64,000 nt of DNA from Octopus bimaculoides (taxonomy: Eukaryota): positions 34,162,306 to 34,226,305 of the forward strand of contig NC_068983.1 in NCBI RefSeq assembly GCF_001194135.2, in the 5' to 3' direction. The notes beneath the pieces are model-generated. The model searched no databases, was not told the DNA's origin, and saw only the letters and a program-made list of their open reading frames with translations. A program made the position numbers and the translations under genes. Shown here one piece after another: positions 37,231-51,615 of this stretch. The first letter of the stretch is position 1. Each line of letters opens with the position of its first letter.

Positions 37231-37799
37231 TGTCAGTTACATGGTCACTGCATGCTGAAATGACCGGAATTTATAAAAGGTTGCTAGATGCATGAACGCA
37301 AAGGAAAAAAACGTTGAGGTGTGACTTGAGGCGTTGGACAACTATGATTTTGGCATGCGTGTGAAGACAATCATGTTTGTGTAGGGAAATTATATCTGGC
37401 GTTATACTCTGTTCGTTTGTGCGTGCGTGCGTGTGTGTGTGTGCGTGCGTGCGTTGGGTGCATGCATATGAGTGATTGCGCTGCTTTCTGCTTGTACATG
37501 CATGTACGAGGATGTTATGTGTTTCTCAGTGAATAGAGGTTTTAGGTGGAAGAGAGGTAACAAAAGTAGTAGGTACTGGAAGTGTAGGTGTGCTATTACA
37601 GAAATATATAAATACACACACACACTACCACCATATCACTGTACTGATCAGCCTATCGGCTGTTGTTATGCAACGCTGGTTTCAATGCGTTCTACTGCAT
37701 TAAAGTAACTTTCAAATGATGCTACCTCACTGGCTAGGTGGGCTGGCGAGCATTATATCTGAACCTATATATGAATATATATCCCTTTCTGTATGTGTA

Positions 37800-39080
37800 C
37801 AGGGCATCTCAGAAAGATTTACCCATGTTTAAAACGCCTCCTAAAACATATCGGTTATGGTAATATTATCTACATTTTACATAAACATTTGCATATTTCT
37901 TTTGTTCATGTGTCTATTGTTTCGTTGGTCTATAACAGATTTGTAAACAAACATGACGTCGAGAGAGAAACGTGACCAGATCGTCGCTTTGAAAACAATT
38001 GGAGTGAGTAACAAGGGCATAAAAAAACAATTGAATGTGTGCCGTAAAACAGTGTTCAATATCTAGCAACGGTATATGGTGTCTGCTACTACCTTTAGCA
38101 AGCCAAGTCCTGATAAGAAACGATAAATTCGTACCAAACTGTACTGCTGAAGCTGTGAAGAAGCGAATGAACTGAAATCCATGTAGGAGTGCAAGAAAAA
38201 CTGGAAAAGCTCTTGATATTTCAAAATTTTCAACGCACAGAATTCTTAAACAGAGCGTAAAGCTAACTGCATACAAGATATAATCCATGTAGTTAATTCA
38301 AGCAGCTTCCAAGAAGAAACGGCTCGACAGGGGTGATACCATGTTAGCTGAGATGAAGCATGCCGCTAACAAAATGTTGATTTGGTCCGACGTGAGGATC
38401 TTCACTATGGAGACAGTTACCAACCAGCAAAATGATAAGCTTTATGTACTTGATGCAGGAAACATGCCCGAAGTTAGTAAGAATAATTTACGTCGTCAGT
38501 AGCCAGCTTCACTCATGGCGTAGGCTGCATGTGCATTTGATGTTTCCATGTATTCCTTGATCTTCATTGGTGCTAGTTTCAAGATCAACAATGAAGTTTA
38601 TGTGGAAATGTTGGATGAGAAAGTGTTGCCTTGGGTCACAGAAAACTTTGGCGAGCGTTACATCTTCACTCAAAACGGGGCTACGATCCACACGTCCAAT
38701 TTGACACAGAGGTGGTGCAAAAAGCACTTCAACGGTGTTTGGGACAAGACGATATGACCTTCCTCAAGTCCAGACATCAATCATATGAACTTTGTTATCT
38801 GATCCATCTTAAAGAGTAATGCTCTCTCGTATTTAAATGTGTTAGAAATTAAGAAAGCCCTTCTGTCTTCGTGGGTCAAATTAGATGAAGAGGCTCATAC
38901 AACAGTGACCACTCGTTTGAAGGCTATGATCAAGGGATAGGGTGATCATTTTGATCTGTAATTACTGCAATGGATTGATAATTTATATTCGTACGTGTGC
39001 GCCAATTTTCATTATCCTACGCTAAGCTTCATTTGAATAATTAAGAAATATGAGTGGGTAAATCTTTCCGAGAAACCCTG
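37800..39080 (+). mobile_element. maT/DD37D-like Tc1/mariner transposon, decayed
   Basis: TIRs CAGGGCATCTCAGAAAGATTTACCCA and (reverse complement) CAGGGTTTCTCGGAAAGATTTACCCA. Remnants LIWSDVRIFTMETVTNQQND, FKINNEVYVEMLDEKVLPW, YIFTQNGATIHTSNLTQRWC and *PSSSPDIN. Confidence 0.88.
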
Positions 39081-40385
39081 TGTATATGAGTATATCCGTG
39101 CGTACATCATTGTAGAATACAACCAAAGTATCTGTTAAGCACTGTCTTTGAGAGGATTCTGTAATAAAATATTGGCAACGTTATCTGTAGAAAAAGTTGA
39201 TATATTATTCTTAAAATATACTCTGCTCATCTAGAAACCGGTACAAAGACAATTCAAAAACGAATATATTGCAAATAACAATGACAACTCATCTGTAAAG
39301 TTAGTACATCGATGAACGCTTTAAAGATGAAGCTGTCAGTCATCACTAAACCCTCAACCTTTGGACTGTACATAAGATATACCCATTCAACAAGATATAT
39401 TGAATCTTCTATTTTTCTGTAAAACTTGTTGGTAACGCCATTGAGTATTTGTCTGNNNNNNNNNNNNNNNNNNNNNNNNNNNNNNNNNNNNNNNNNNNNN
39501 NNNNNNNNNNNNNNNNNNNNNNNNNNNNNNNNNNNNNNNNNNNNNNNNNNNNNNNNNNNNNNNNNNNNNNNNNNNNNNNNNNNNNNNNNNNNNNNNNNNN
39601 NNNNNNNNNNNNNNNNNNNNNNNNNNNNNNNNNNNNNNNNNNNNNNNNNNNNNNNNNNNNNNNNNNNNNNNNNNNNNNNNNNNNNNNNNNNNNNNNNNNN
39701 NNNNNNNNNNNNNNNNNNNNNNNNNNGTGTGTGTGTGTGCGTGTGTGTGTGTGTGTGCGTGTGTATACTTATAACACTCGCACAAATAAACACACACGTC
39801 AATTGTGATGTGTTTTTTAAAAGATGTTATCGCAGTGAAGTGATTTCAGTCTGAATAATACTTTAAGAAGCTGTCTGAGAGTTCTACACATGTAAAACTT
39901 GAATCACCTGTTTAATATCATCATCATCATCACCGTCATCATCATCATCATCATCGTCATCATCACCATCTAATTCTTCCTCGTCCTCCTCACCATCATC
40001 ATCATCATACTCATCGTCGTCGTCGTCGTCATCATCACCATCATCACCATCTCTGTTGTTGTTGAAAGTAATTACATGTCATTTTTGTCTGGCGTTTTGA
40101 TATATGTACTATATACTTTCAAATATTCAATGATTTTATTTTGCTGAATATTGCTGAAATTCGCATATCACCTGCTCTGAATAATATATTCTATTTTCAC
40201 ATCAACATGAAGACGAAATCGCTTCTTTTGTTATTCTCTTGTATCTTCATATCTACATATAATACAATCTTAAGGTCTCTATTATTTGTGTTATTGTTTT
40301 CAATTATGTTCATATGTTTGAGCTTCTTCATGAGCAAAGGCATTACCGATGAGTCTAACTCGTTTTTATTATATCTAATAATACT

Positions 40386-41170
40386 TTCTATTTTAGATAC
40401 AAAGCCTGGAATTTGTGGAGTGGGGGACAGTCTATCACATTGTGCCCAGTGCTCAACTGGTACTTAATTTATCGACCTCGAAATGATGAAAGGGAAACTC
40501 GACCTTGGTGGAAATTGAACTCATAACGTAGCGGAAGACGAAATACCTATTTCGTTATTGCCCACAAGGGGCTAAACATAGAGGGAACAAACAAGAACAG
40601 ACGAACGGATTAAGTCGATTACATCGACCCCAGGGCGTAACTGGTACTTAATTTATCGACCCCGAAAGGATGAACGGCAAAGTCGACCTCGGCGGAATTT
40701 GAACTCAGAACGTAACGGCAGACGAAATACCGCTAAGCATTTCGCCCGGCGTGCTAACGATTCTGCCAACTCGCCGCCTCTCAAAAGGATGAAAGGTAAG
40801 GTCGATCTTGGCGGAGTTTGAACTCAGAACGTAATGCTAGGTGAAATACCGCTAAGATCTTCGCCCGGCGTGCTAACGATTCTGCCAGCTCGCCGCCGTC
40901 GGAAGACGAAATACCGCTCAGCATTTCGTCCGGCGCGCTAATGATTCTGCCAGCTCACCGCCTTTATTGTATCTAATAATAAAGGCAGCGAGCTGACAGA
41001 ATCGTTAGACGCCGAAAAAACTGCTCCGGCTTTACATTCTGAGTTCAAATTCTACCAAGGTCGCATTTGCTCTCATCCTTCCGGGGTGGTTAAAATAAAT
41101 TCAGGTTAAGCACTGGGGTCAATGTAATAGACTTACACCCTCTCCTGATACCAAGATTTGAAACCATTAT
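40386..41170. mobile_element. Cluster of nested/tandem type A SINE monomers (four on minus, one on plus)
   Basis: Repeated GAAATACCGCT(A/C)AG...CGGCG(T/C)GCTAA(C/T)GATTCTGCCA(A/G)CTC(G/A)CCGCC heads ending at about 40778, 40898 and 40962, a headless monomer at 40386-40540, and a plus copy starting at about 40983. Confidence 0.9.
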
Positions 41171-42569
41171 ATCTATTACTGCATTCTGCGTATTGTTACA
41201 TTTATTCAGTTAGCGTCTTGTGATTATAAGAGATTTCGTTGGAATGGCTAAAATATTGGGGAACCGGATATAAGTTTATTTGTTTTCATATTTGTCTTAT
41301 ACATCTATATTAAATTAAATAAGTCACTTGATTTAAGGCTATCACAATTCCCTTGAGATATCTTTTTGGAATCTAATTCGCACGAAGATTTAGACCAGTT
41401 CTTTCATCAGAAGATAACCCGCATGATTACGCCCCTCTTTCTCCTGTGTTCATAATCCTAAATGTCATAGTCGCTCCTGCTCTTTCTCTGACCAAACAAC
41501 AGACTGAAGGTATGTGTCGCGATATATAATTTTACTTTTCCAGAAAAATATAATCGTTTAAGATGAAAAATCGGTAGACGCCAACTGGATAATAGCATTG
41601 TCAAATCAAGGTTTAAAAAAATTATTGTACACAAGACAAAACAAGTAACACTAGAAAACTAAAACACCATTAAGATAAGAATGAACACACATTATCAGGA
41701 AATGAAAATATTCTATGATATTATTCTTGTAGTCATGACGTTTGCTCGTAAGTTACCCAGAACTATAGAAGAAAAAATCGAAGACAATCAAAATCTTTAA
41801 CAGAATGAAACACGCAGGAGTGTTAAACTTTGAACAACCTCGGCTAGAGAAAGAATATGATTACCTAAACGAAGTCATTAACATAAGGACAAAATGTTTT
41901 GAAGATCTATGAATTTATACTTCAAAATAATTACAAGGACATCAATAAAATGTAAAATAAAATATTCACAGGTCCTGTTAATTTTTTTAATACAATCTAT
42001 AGCTTCATTATTGTCACACGCTAGAATGGTGCGTTTGAATTATGAAACTTTTAGATTTGTGTTTCAAAATATACAAATTTTAATGTGCAACCGAATATAA
42101 TTATTACGTCCATTAGGGATGTTCTCATCACTATATCATTAAGTGCGATAAGGTCTATGTTTCGCTGAAGAGGTTTGATAACATTAAAACATATTCAGAG
42201 TTGTCTTTTGTACTAGCGTGTGTTTAAATAATGTTAGTCATTCAATTAATGGTCTCTTTTCCTCATGGCACGAATATTGCTAATTTGAAACCTCTCAACA
42301 CTATATTACCTATTGATTTTTATGTGGAAGTCGTCTCTACGAATTAACCTAAATCAATTATTATTTACTTTTTTTCAATAAGAAGCAATTATCATTAAGA
42401 TCTAGTTACTGCTTAAATCTTTACCAATTTTTATCAATCAGACATAGGTTACTTGGTTTATCGGTTGCTTGACTATTTGTGATTTACAATTTTATTTCTC
42501 TAGATACACTATGTATACCAAGGTGAGGAGCACGAATACTCCAAAATTAGTTCGTTGGCGTCGTTGTGA

Positions 42570-42632
42570 TCTTCTTCTTCTTCTTCTTCTTCTTCTTCTT
42601 CTTCTTCTTCTTCTTCTTCTTCTTCTTCTTCT
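42570..42632. repeat. (CTT)n microsatellite
   Basis: Directly visible. Confidence 0.95.
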
Positions 42633-43224
42633 TTACCTCCTACTCCCTTTACTTTAGACTATAGCCGCCAATGATTATGATAAGCGATAAAGCGTTCGCT
42701 TTGCAATCATGTGGTTTAGTCCCACTGTGCAGCACCTTGAGCAAGTGCAGACTACACTATTCTTGGATCAAATGACATGTGGGTGCATTTTGGAGATGGA
42801 AACTGGCCAGATTGGAGCAATCTCGAGTATAACCAGCCGAAATTGCAAAGATAATCTGGAACTCGACTGAGGAAAGAAAACTCTGACTGACGCGTCCTTG
42901 TTTTCTTTGTATCGTTTATCTGTATGTTTTGTGTCCCATTTTTTATATCACCTAACTTTCTGGATGTTTTGCGTTCTTGTCCTATTTTGTATTATATATA
43001 TATATATATAATACAAAGTGGGACGATATATGTGTCAACACACATACATACACCCCATACTTACACATACACACACACGTTTGTGTGCGTTTCTCTTTCT
43101 GTCTATGATTGACCAGCGTTGTCGGTTTCTTTATGCTTATAAGTTAAAGTTTGGCAACAACGTTTGGTGGGATTAGTACAAGACATAGAAAAATATGTGC
43201 TGAGGTTGATTTGTTTCACTAAAC

Positions 43225-43533
43225 CAGCGGTTCCCCGAACTTTTTCGGGCTGCCGCCCCCTTGACACCCGGGCAACATTCCTAGCGAGCGCCACTCCAAC
43301 TAACCATCCCAAGCATAAACCACTTTCTGAAGCAAATTCAAAGCAACTGTATTTCACAAATGAGATTTAACCTAATGGACTCATTATTTTGTTTATTATA
43401 TGAATCGCTACCCCATTATCGCTCCAATTTTTATATGAATCGATACCCTAATATTCCAACACTTTTCTTCAATGCTCCCTTGGAACTTTACACCACCCCA
43501 AGGGGGCAATACCACCCACTTTGGGAACTACTG
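43225..43533. mobile_element. hAT-superfamily MITE with perfect 8-bp TSD
   Basis: CACTAAAC|CAGCGGTTCCCCGAAC ... TTTGGGAACTACTG|CACTAAAC. CAGTGGTTCCCAA-type TIRs with an 8-bp TSD are hallmarks of hAT elements. Confidence 0.93.
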
Positions 43534-43721
43534 CACTAAACTTTTCACTGTAGGTGCTTGGCCGTAGTCCATTGACTGAAATAAGTAAAAGGGGGGGGGG
43601 TCGGAGATATAAAATAGCATTCGATAGCTGATAGTCCTGATGTTTTATAAGCACATTCTCTATAGAACACAATAAACAACAGATTTTTGAACACATATCA
43701 CCCTTTTCTGTTATTGTTTTG

Positions 43722-43928
43722 TACTCTAGGCACAATAGCCGAAGTTTTTAGGGAGGGAGCCTGTCGATTAAATCGACCCCAGTACGCAACTGGTACTTAA
43801 TTTACCGACCCTAAAAGGATGAAAGGCAAAGTCGACCTCGGCGTAATTTGAACTCAGAATGTAAAGACTGATGAAATACCGCTAAGCATTTCACCCGGCG
43901 TGCTAACGTTTCTGTCGGCTCACCGCCT
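43722..43928 (-). mobile_element. SINE type A monomer
   Basis: Reverse complement GGCGGTGAGCCGACAGAAACGTTAGCACGCCGGG...GAGTTCAAATTACGCCGAGGTCGACTTTGCC...TGTGCCTAGAGTACAA. Confidence 0.92.
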
Positions 43929-43954
43929 TTCACCCTTTTCTCTTATCAGTGCAC

Positions 43955-44170
43955 AACGTGGAGTAGGTTGGAATTGGCTTTTGCCTGCCATTACTGTCTT
44001 GCTGAACACCGGACTATATTGGATATATTCTCGAACGTTCCGTATAATAACAACAGACAAAGTTAATTCAACGACATTATCAATATTAGTGGCAGAATCG
44101 GACAGCATAAATTACAAGACCTCCCGGAGAGAATAATGGAGAATCGAGATTCCTTGCACGGATTTCTGTA
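43955..44170 (+). mobile_element. RTE-like LINE 3' fragment
   Basis: RLELAFACHYCLAEHRTILDIF (cf. RRLRFAGHCYRAE..ISDLL) and LQDLPERIMENRDSL (cf. LQDLP.AM.DR..W). Confidence 0.45.
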
Positions 44171-45989
44171 GACGGTGGTCATAATAATGATGATGATGAT
44201 GATGATGATGATAATGATGATGATAAGGAGGAGGAAGAGGTTGTTTATGCTGATGTACAAGGAGGAGGAAGAGGAGGGGCGGAGAAGAAGAGTATGTTTG
44301 TGTGGGTCTTTGTGTCCGTGAAACCATTTATGATATATTTTTTTTTATTGAGTGCCCCTGTGGCCAAGAAAATAATTTTTTAAACACTCCATGGGTGATC
44401 ACGGTTTCCGCTTCGCTGTTTCTGACATGATAATCACCATTTCCATTAGCATCAACATTGCCCTATGCATAAAAGCGTTGACTACAAAATACACGAAATG
44501 CCAGACAAAATACGTTATGCAATGTCACATACCTTTCTGTACCTACAACTATTTAACACTGAGACCTTTCATCTTCAATATAATAAGTACCAACACTGTA
44601 CGACAGTCGATATAAATAGCTGTTCCTTTCTATAATGTGTCGTCTTGCCACGTTTGACCCCATATACTTTTATTATTATGTAAGACAGGCATATGAGTGT
44701 GAGGAAACTGGAGAACGTCGGACTAATTGCCTAACACTATTTACTTTCATTCTTCCCGTAATAAATTTGCTTTAGATCGATATTGTAAGTTCCCTCTAGT
44801 ACTGATGTGTATTAGATCGATCGACTGTACGCTTTGTGCTATAAATTATTGCACACATGCTGTTGTGAGAATTCAGTATTTTATGCTTTGGCGTTATATA
44901 ATATGGAAGCATTTCTAGTTATTTCAGACTTTGTCAAGAATGCATAAAGAAACTTTAATAATTTTAAGAATAGTATTTTCCTACGTAAGTATACAACAAA
45001 ATATATTACACATAAAAGATCAACCAAATAAATAATACAGAAGAATAAGGCAATGGAAAATAAAAGCAAGAATATACAAAAAGTATGTAAGCCTATAGGA
45101 AAATAAATACTTCACTGAGTTTCAGTTTATTGCATGCAACTCATAACGCAATATTTTAATATCATACCAATATTCCCAGCAAATTATACACAGAAGAAGT
45201 AAGAATCGTGCAAATGAAGTGATTTGTCAAATGTGTGCAAACATATTTATTAATACTTCAATGGTTAATTTTTCAAAGGAAAATTAATAATAAACACATT
45301 TTAAGAGAAAATTTGGTATGGATATTCTGCCAATGGTTTTCCTGTTGATTAAATATTACAAGCAGGAGGCATTGATCTAATTCAAACAACTCACATGTTT
45401 GTGTAAGTTTAATAACATTGGTTCAAAAATATTATTATGTGAAATTAAACCAGTGGAGCGGTAGATTCGATAGAGTACCAAACGTCATATTTTCGCTTTG
45501 TGTGCTTTCTCTGGGCGCGACTTATAATTTTCTTCTATCGAAGACAGGAAAATAATAACCAAGCATGCGATAACATTTACGTATCAGATCATATACCTTC
45601 CCGAGAATTTTGTTACATTGTAACCAATGCCGGGAGTCCTTATTTTTACGCAATTATCTGTATTAGAGACTAGGGAGCCTCGGCCTTAATCTATTTCTCA
45701 ATTTGTATTCATCCCTGTGTTCTGTTTTCAAGTCACGCCTGAATCAGCTTTTCATTTCGTATGCTTGGCAGCGTTTCAATCAATATCACTACTTTGCGAA
45801 TAGTAGCAATATTTGCCCTAATAACCTTGGATTATACCTTTTAATTTTAATTCTGTTCACCGCTAAAAAAGGGTAATCGTCATATTGTTTTCATGGCTAG
45901 AACTGAGCAGATTTATAGTGTTGATGTTTAACTTCAAGATTTCCTAAGTTCCTGATTGTATAAAATAAAAATAAAACTTAGGAAGTAAG

Positions 45990-46300
45990 AATTAAACAGA
46001 TAAGGTCAGTCGGCACCTGACGGGATGAGAAAAAGTATTCATGCCGCGATGCATGAGAAAGATGGGCCTCGACTGAAATAGTATGTAATGAGGTGAGATA
46101 GTCATGCAGAGTGTTTCATAGACAGTTGATTAATATAGATCTGGATGAAGGTAGTACGCTGCAAGCTATTCTAGAAGAGCACATGTTATAATAGTAAGCA
46201 CGAAGATGAAGGCGATTATAAAGGGTTGTTGAGTGAGTCTGCACCAGTCTGTCGGACAGTCTTCGTTTGAAATGTTCTCGGATATTTGTGTTAGTAAAAT
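45990..46300 (-). mobile_element. CR1/L2-group LINE 3' fragment
   Basis: LSDRLVQTHSTTLYNRLHLRAYYYNMCSSRIACSVLP (cf. L.PLSHRRNVASLSLFYRYYNG.CSSELA..VP); same group as 4560-5510. Confidence 0.55.
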
Positions 46301-47194
46301 GACATATGCTTCCCTTATTATTACTTCGGTTCTTTTTTTGGCATTTTTGAAGTTTTAACTTAATGAGAATACATCTGTTTATACAAATAAAACTTTTACG
46401 TATCACCTCATTAGTCGACCTCGCAAAAATCATGAGATTGAAAATTGCTTTAGGTGTCTCTGTAATACGAGTTATTATAGACAACCTTATAAAATATATA
46501 TTTGCTCTCCCATTTGTGACCCAGCAGAACAACGAGCATGTGACAACAGGAAGACGAAAGCGCTGCTTCAACACTAAGCTAGTCATTAGTGCCCTGTTTA
46601 AGGGCACAACGCTCGCTGCCTGGCCTCAGAAGCAAACCTACAACATTACAGTCGTGAATCCAATATGTTTACCACTAGGCCACACACTTTTACACATGTG
46701 CCTTCCTTCTACACAATGATTGCTTCGCCAAACCACTTACCCTCAAATGTTTAAGATCATTATCTCTAACCATTCAGTAAAATGCGGACGTAATACACAA
46801 GGCATTAGTCACGGTGCAACCGTTTCTGTTTTGCATGGAATTTATGGTGGATTTTCGCCCACATTATAGAGCGAAAGCGAGTGGTTTACTTATGTTATTT
46901 TTTTTATTATATGTGCTTTAAAGAGTGAAGTAAAATCTTCAGGACCTTTATCATCAGCTCCTAATTTCCATTACATCACATCTCGGTGATTTTATTTTCC
47001 AACTAGAAGTGAAATTATTAAATTAGATTTACATACTGATATCAAGAATTTACAGAGAGCTATCTATACAACTGCTTAGGAGAAATTGACAATGGTAATA
47101 CGCAGCAATGAAATGTGAATAATTTAAAATGTTGCTGAAGAATAAGAATCGTACATTAAAAAAACTAAGCTTAACACTAAAGATATGATAATAG

Positions 47195-47251
<57 letters not shown>

Positions 47252-47814
47252 CCCTTCAAGAGATATAAAACATCTTCAAGAAAGTCAATGTGTAAAGTAA
47301 GTAAAACAAAAACTAGGAAGCTCTTAAAATTCTAAAACCACTAACGCAAACCTGATGGAGATAGTAGAAATGTTTTAAAATGAAAATAAGAAAGATATGG
47401 AGGTATGAAAGTAAAATTGAAGATACAATTAAGCTGTTAAGAATGGTGCAAAATATATACGTGCAAAAATTGAAAGAAAGCCATTCAGAGCTAACAATAC
47501 AATACCCAGATCGAAAATAGCTCTACCAGATCCCAAAAATAACGACGCCACATTTTGTTTTGACAATTATGCACTCAACACAAACTCAATTCGATGACAA
47601 ACTAATGATGTAACACAGGCCCCATTATACATACTCTACGCACCAATCAGCAAATAAATTAACAAAGCACATACGATTGCAAATCTATACTCGATGCTAT
47701 AACATATCTCATACATTTTATAGTTTTACTCAAATAATATAACACAAAAACAACCTATTCTACCCAAGCAGAAGAAATTTTGTTCAAATCATTTAGCACT
47801 TTAACTCACACAAA

Positions 47815-47959
<145 letters not shown>

Positions 47960-48802
47960 ACAGCACACGCATAAATATATATTGTAACACAGACCCATGT
48001 ATATAAATGTGTACATACATATACCGATACATTTGTATATAGGAGTTATTCTTTGGGGGTTATCCAAACGCACGGTGTTAAAACGCGCCATCTCCTTAGT
48101 CTTCCTGCAGTTTGGTGTGCATTGAAACTTTTCCATCGCTTGTTCTGTTTTTTATTCTCTGTTTTTTTTTGTTTTTTTTTTTCGTGACTTCAATAAATTC
48201 CCTTTCTGGGGAAATGTACTCTTTTATCAACAGTAACATGCCTCACTCTTCGGTTGAACACAACCCATATATAAATAAATAAATAAAGCATTTTATTTTA
48301 TATGTTAGCAAAGCAATAGTTAATGGAATTCTTGGCATCAACATCGTACATCTATGTAATGTGTAACGGTATTGTTGTCGATGAAACTTTTCTTTATATT
48401 ACATAGGATGCTTATTAGGATGGCAATTTGCACTTCTTTCTTCTAGTGAAATCATAATTGTTTCATTTGCAAGTTTTCGTCTGTTTATCATCGCTTTATT
48501 TTGGGTCTATCCTTTTAATTTCGCTTTCGTGTATTCGAAAATTATTTCTTCATATTCTTTTCGGCAGAACATCCAATAATAGATCCTATTTTGGTAATTT
48601 TTCTCCCCCTCTTCTTCCTGGTTGCATTGTAAACACCAAGGAAATGAATCGAGAAAATATCTCTATACTACACACCATATAGTTTCTCCAGTTTTGCCAT
48701 ACATATCCAAAATATTTGAAGTCCTTTATTCGGAAAGTTTTGCAATTGAGGAATTACTAAAATATCATTTTATGTTACTGTAAGAGGCATCTGATATTTA
48801 TT

Positions 48803-49200
48803 ATTACTGTTGTTGTTGTTTTTTTATTTTTGTTGTTGTTATTGTTGTTGTTGTTCTTATTTTGTTGTTGTTATTATTAGTCGTTATTATTATTATTGTC
48901 GTTGTTATTGTTATTGTTATTGTTGTTATTATGATTATTATTCTTGTTGTTGTTATTATTGTTGTTATTGTTATTGTTGTTGTTATTGTTGTTATTATGG
49001 TTATTATTGTTGTTGTTGTTATTGTGGTTGTTATTGTCATTGTTGTTAGCGTTATTGTTATCACTATTGTTGTTGTTGTTATTATTAATGTTGTAATCGT
49101 TGTTGTTATTATTATTGTTCTTCTTATTGTTATTGTTATTGTTGTTGTTATTATTATTGTTACTGATGTTGCTGTCAGAGTCGTCGTCCTCATCATCATC
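48803..49200. repeat. Long degenerate (TTG/TTA)n trinucleotide tract
   Basis: Directly visible; source of the poly-V/I/N/T/C/Y ORFs. Confidence 0.95.
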
Positions 49201-49299
49201 ACAATATTTCGGCAGACTTCTCATTATAATAATCGCACTGAGAAACCTGCCAGCCGAAAAGAAGTTACAGCATAAAACGAAAGAAATTGACAATGCTTG

Positions 49300-50500
49300 A
49301 GGATGTATTCCAATTCTCTCCGAAAGTTAAATAACTTACTCAGTTAGGTAGTTGTAGCAAAGGAATATGTCTCGAAGTCTGCTAAACTGATAACTGACAG
49401 GCAAATATCTTGCCAGAAAAATGTTCGAAGATAGCACCAAGTGTGTGAGATGCGAGGGAGTTAACTACAGCTCCTTAAAGGAGGTACTCTAAGTATTATC
49501 AAAATAATAGAAAGAATAAATTAAAACACTAAAAATAATTCCAGACAATAGGAAAAACCGAATGATAAAAGTTGTAATTGAATGACAGACGCGAATAGTG
49601 AAGTCAAAGTTAGTTAACATAAAATCTATTTGAAAATAGAATAGATTAGTTTTGGGAGAACAGGTTTGTCAAATAATCAGATTAAATTGTTTGAAAGGTA
49701 AGAAAAGTATCGAAACAAAATAATAAAGAACCAAATGCAAGAAAGAAAATAACCCAGCAGGTTTAGGAGTGATATACGGAGCAATGAGGAGACGGGGTGG
49801 TTTCAAGGAGAGGGAAACTAATCAAAACGAGAAATCAACGAGTCATATAGTAATTTTAGTTATCGTTTAGGACTTTATTGAAAAACAAGCAGAAAGAGTA
49901 CGTAATTATAAATTGCCGATTAGACGGACAACAAGTGTCCCGAGTTAAGAACGGAATTTGGTATTTCAAGTTCTGGAATATTTGGGACGAACATAAGGAG
50001 ATATTATGGACGTAAGTGCTTAAATCTACTGAACAAGAAATTACGAGGATTCGATACAGATGTTTCAGAAATTCTCGGGAGCTGACCGTTTGAAAGAAAG
50101 ACCAGTGAAAGCTAAAGTTAGGTGAAATACTTCCAAGATTTAGGGAAGTAACAAAATACTAATTCACCTCCGTAAACACAAGCGCTGTAACCATTACCAG
50201 ATAGAATAATCAAATGGACAGCAGACGATCACGAGAACGTATATATGAAAATAAGGAGACTGGTGACAATCGAGTGGGCCTTGCGTAATCAGATGATAAT
50301 AGGTTTTATTTCAAGAGAAAAGATGGAAAAAGAAGATTGATATGCATAGAAATCTGTGTAGATGTAGATGCTGAAAACTGAGAGTAGCATGTTACTGACA
50401 GTAATGAAATTTTTCATAGCTGTAAGAAATTAAAAAGCATGAAGTTCTTGTAGCTAGAAACAACAACATGCATAGAAAAGTTTACATGGAACATTTGCTT
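49300..50500 (+). mobile_element. Very decayed R4/Dong-like LINE fragment
   Basis: Faint remnants RGKLIKT, IIKWTADD...IRRLVTI (cf. IINWT..ELDRKTRKLLT) and REKMEKEDYA region RKDGKRRLICIE (cf. RKEGGRGLISVE). Confidence 0.4.
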
Positions 50501-51389
50501 TTTTAAAAGGTAGAAAAATATCTCTATCAAATGATGTTTCAATGGCTAAAGAAGAGTTTAAGATTAAGATCATGGGTTTGATATTAGTTATGCAGAATCA
50601 AACTTTCAGAACAAGGTATATCAGAAGAACGGATTCAGCAGAAAATTTTGTATGAAATATTCTCCAGAGTATATTGATGAGTTCATCAGAAAATTCAGCT
50701 GTTGACAAAAAGTATACGAAACATTCTCTTACTGTAGAATTGTTAGTTTTCACGAGGCTTAAGAAATGGCAGCTAAAATTTTATCTGGATGATAAAGTTT
50801 ATTACTTTACACGTCTTCCTCTCGATTAAGATTAAGAACTATAAATGAAACCTCGTTATTGATCATTAGCATAGATTAATTTTCCCAGTAAACTCTGACT
50901 TACGCTAACGATAATCATTTTTATTGCTTCTTACAAATTATTAAGGGAAATATATTTAGCTTAGAAAATATGTCTCTCTCTCTCTCTCATTGGTGGCGTA
51001 TGTTCGAAATTTGTTTAATATTTCTCGTAGTTCGAAGAGATATTTATAGGAATAAAGGACTCAAAATATCGTGAAATATTCAACAGAGGGACTACATATA
51101 TTACAGAAAGACTTAATAAAATTATCCATTGAAATGAACTATATATCAATATTGGCGTTAATCAAAATATAGATACATTTTAGACATCGCGGCGAATATT
51201 GATACGAATAATAAGATTTTAGAGTGTGTAGGCAAGGGAAGAGACATAGAAAAAGAAAAAGAAAAAGAGAAGGAAATCTAGTTGCAGTGGCTATGCCCTA
51301 AAATCTTAAATCAGAAATTAGGAATTTAGACATTAGAGAAAGAGTGGTCAGAAGAATTATAAACTACGTAAGTTAGAGTAAACCTTGGC

Positions 51390-51615
51390 ATCTTCTTCTT
51401 CTTCTTCTTCTTCTTCTTCTTCTTCTTCTTCTTCTTCTTCTTGTTCTTGTTGTTGTTGTTGTTGTTGTTGTTCTTCTTCTTCTTCTTCTTCTTCTTCTTC
51501 TCTTTTTTTCCTCTGCTGCTGCTGCGCTCCTTCTTCTGCTGCTGCTGCTCCTCCACCTCCCACTCCTCCTCCTTCTTTTTCTGCTTCTTCTTCTTCTTCT
51601 TCTTCTTCTTCTTCA
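51390..51615. repeat. Compound (TTC)n(TTG)n(CTG)n(CTC)n microsatellite
   Basis: Directly visible; source of the poly-E/Q/K/S ORFs. Confidence 0.95.

Noticed and set aside
42860-42900. CTGAGGA-AAGA..TCT-GACTGACGCGTC, possible fourth hammerhead family
   Set aside because: The GAAA element is absent and stem II is only 3 bp; cannot be supported from this copy alone.
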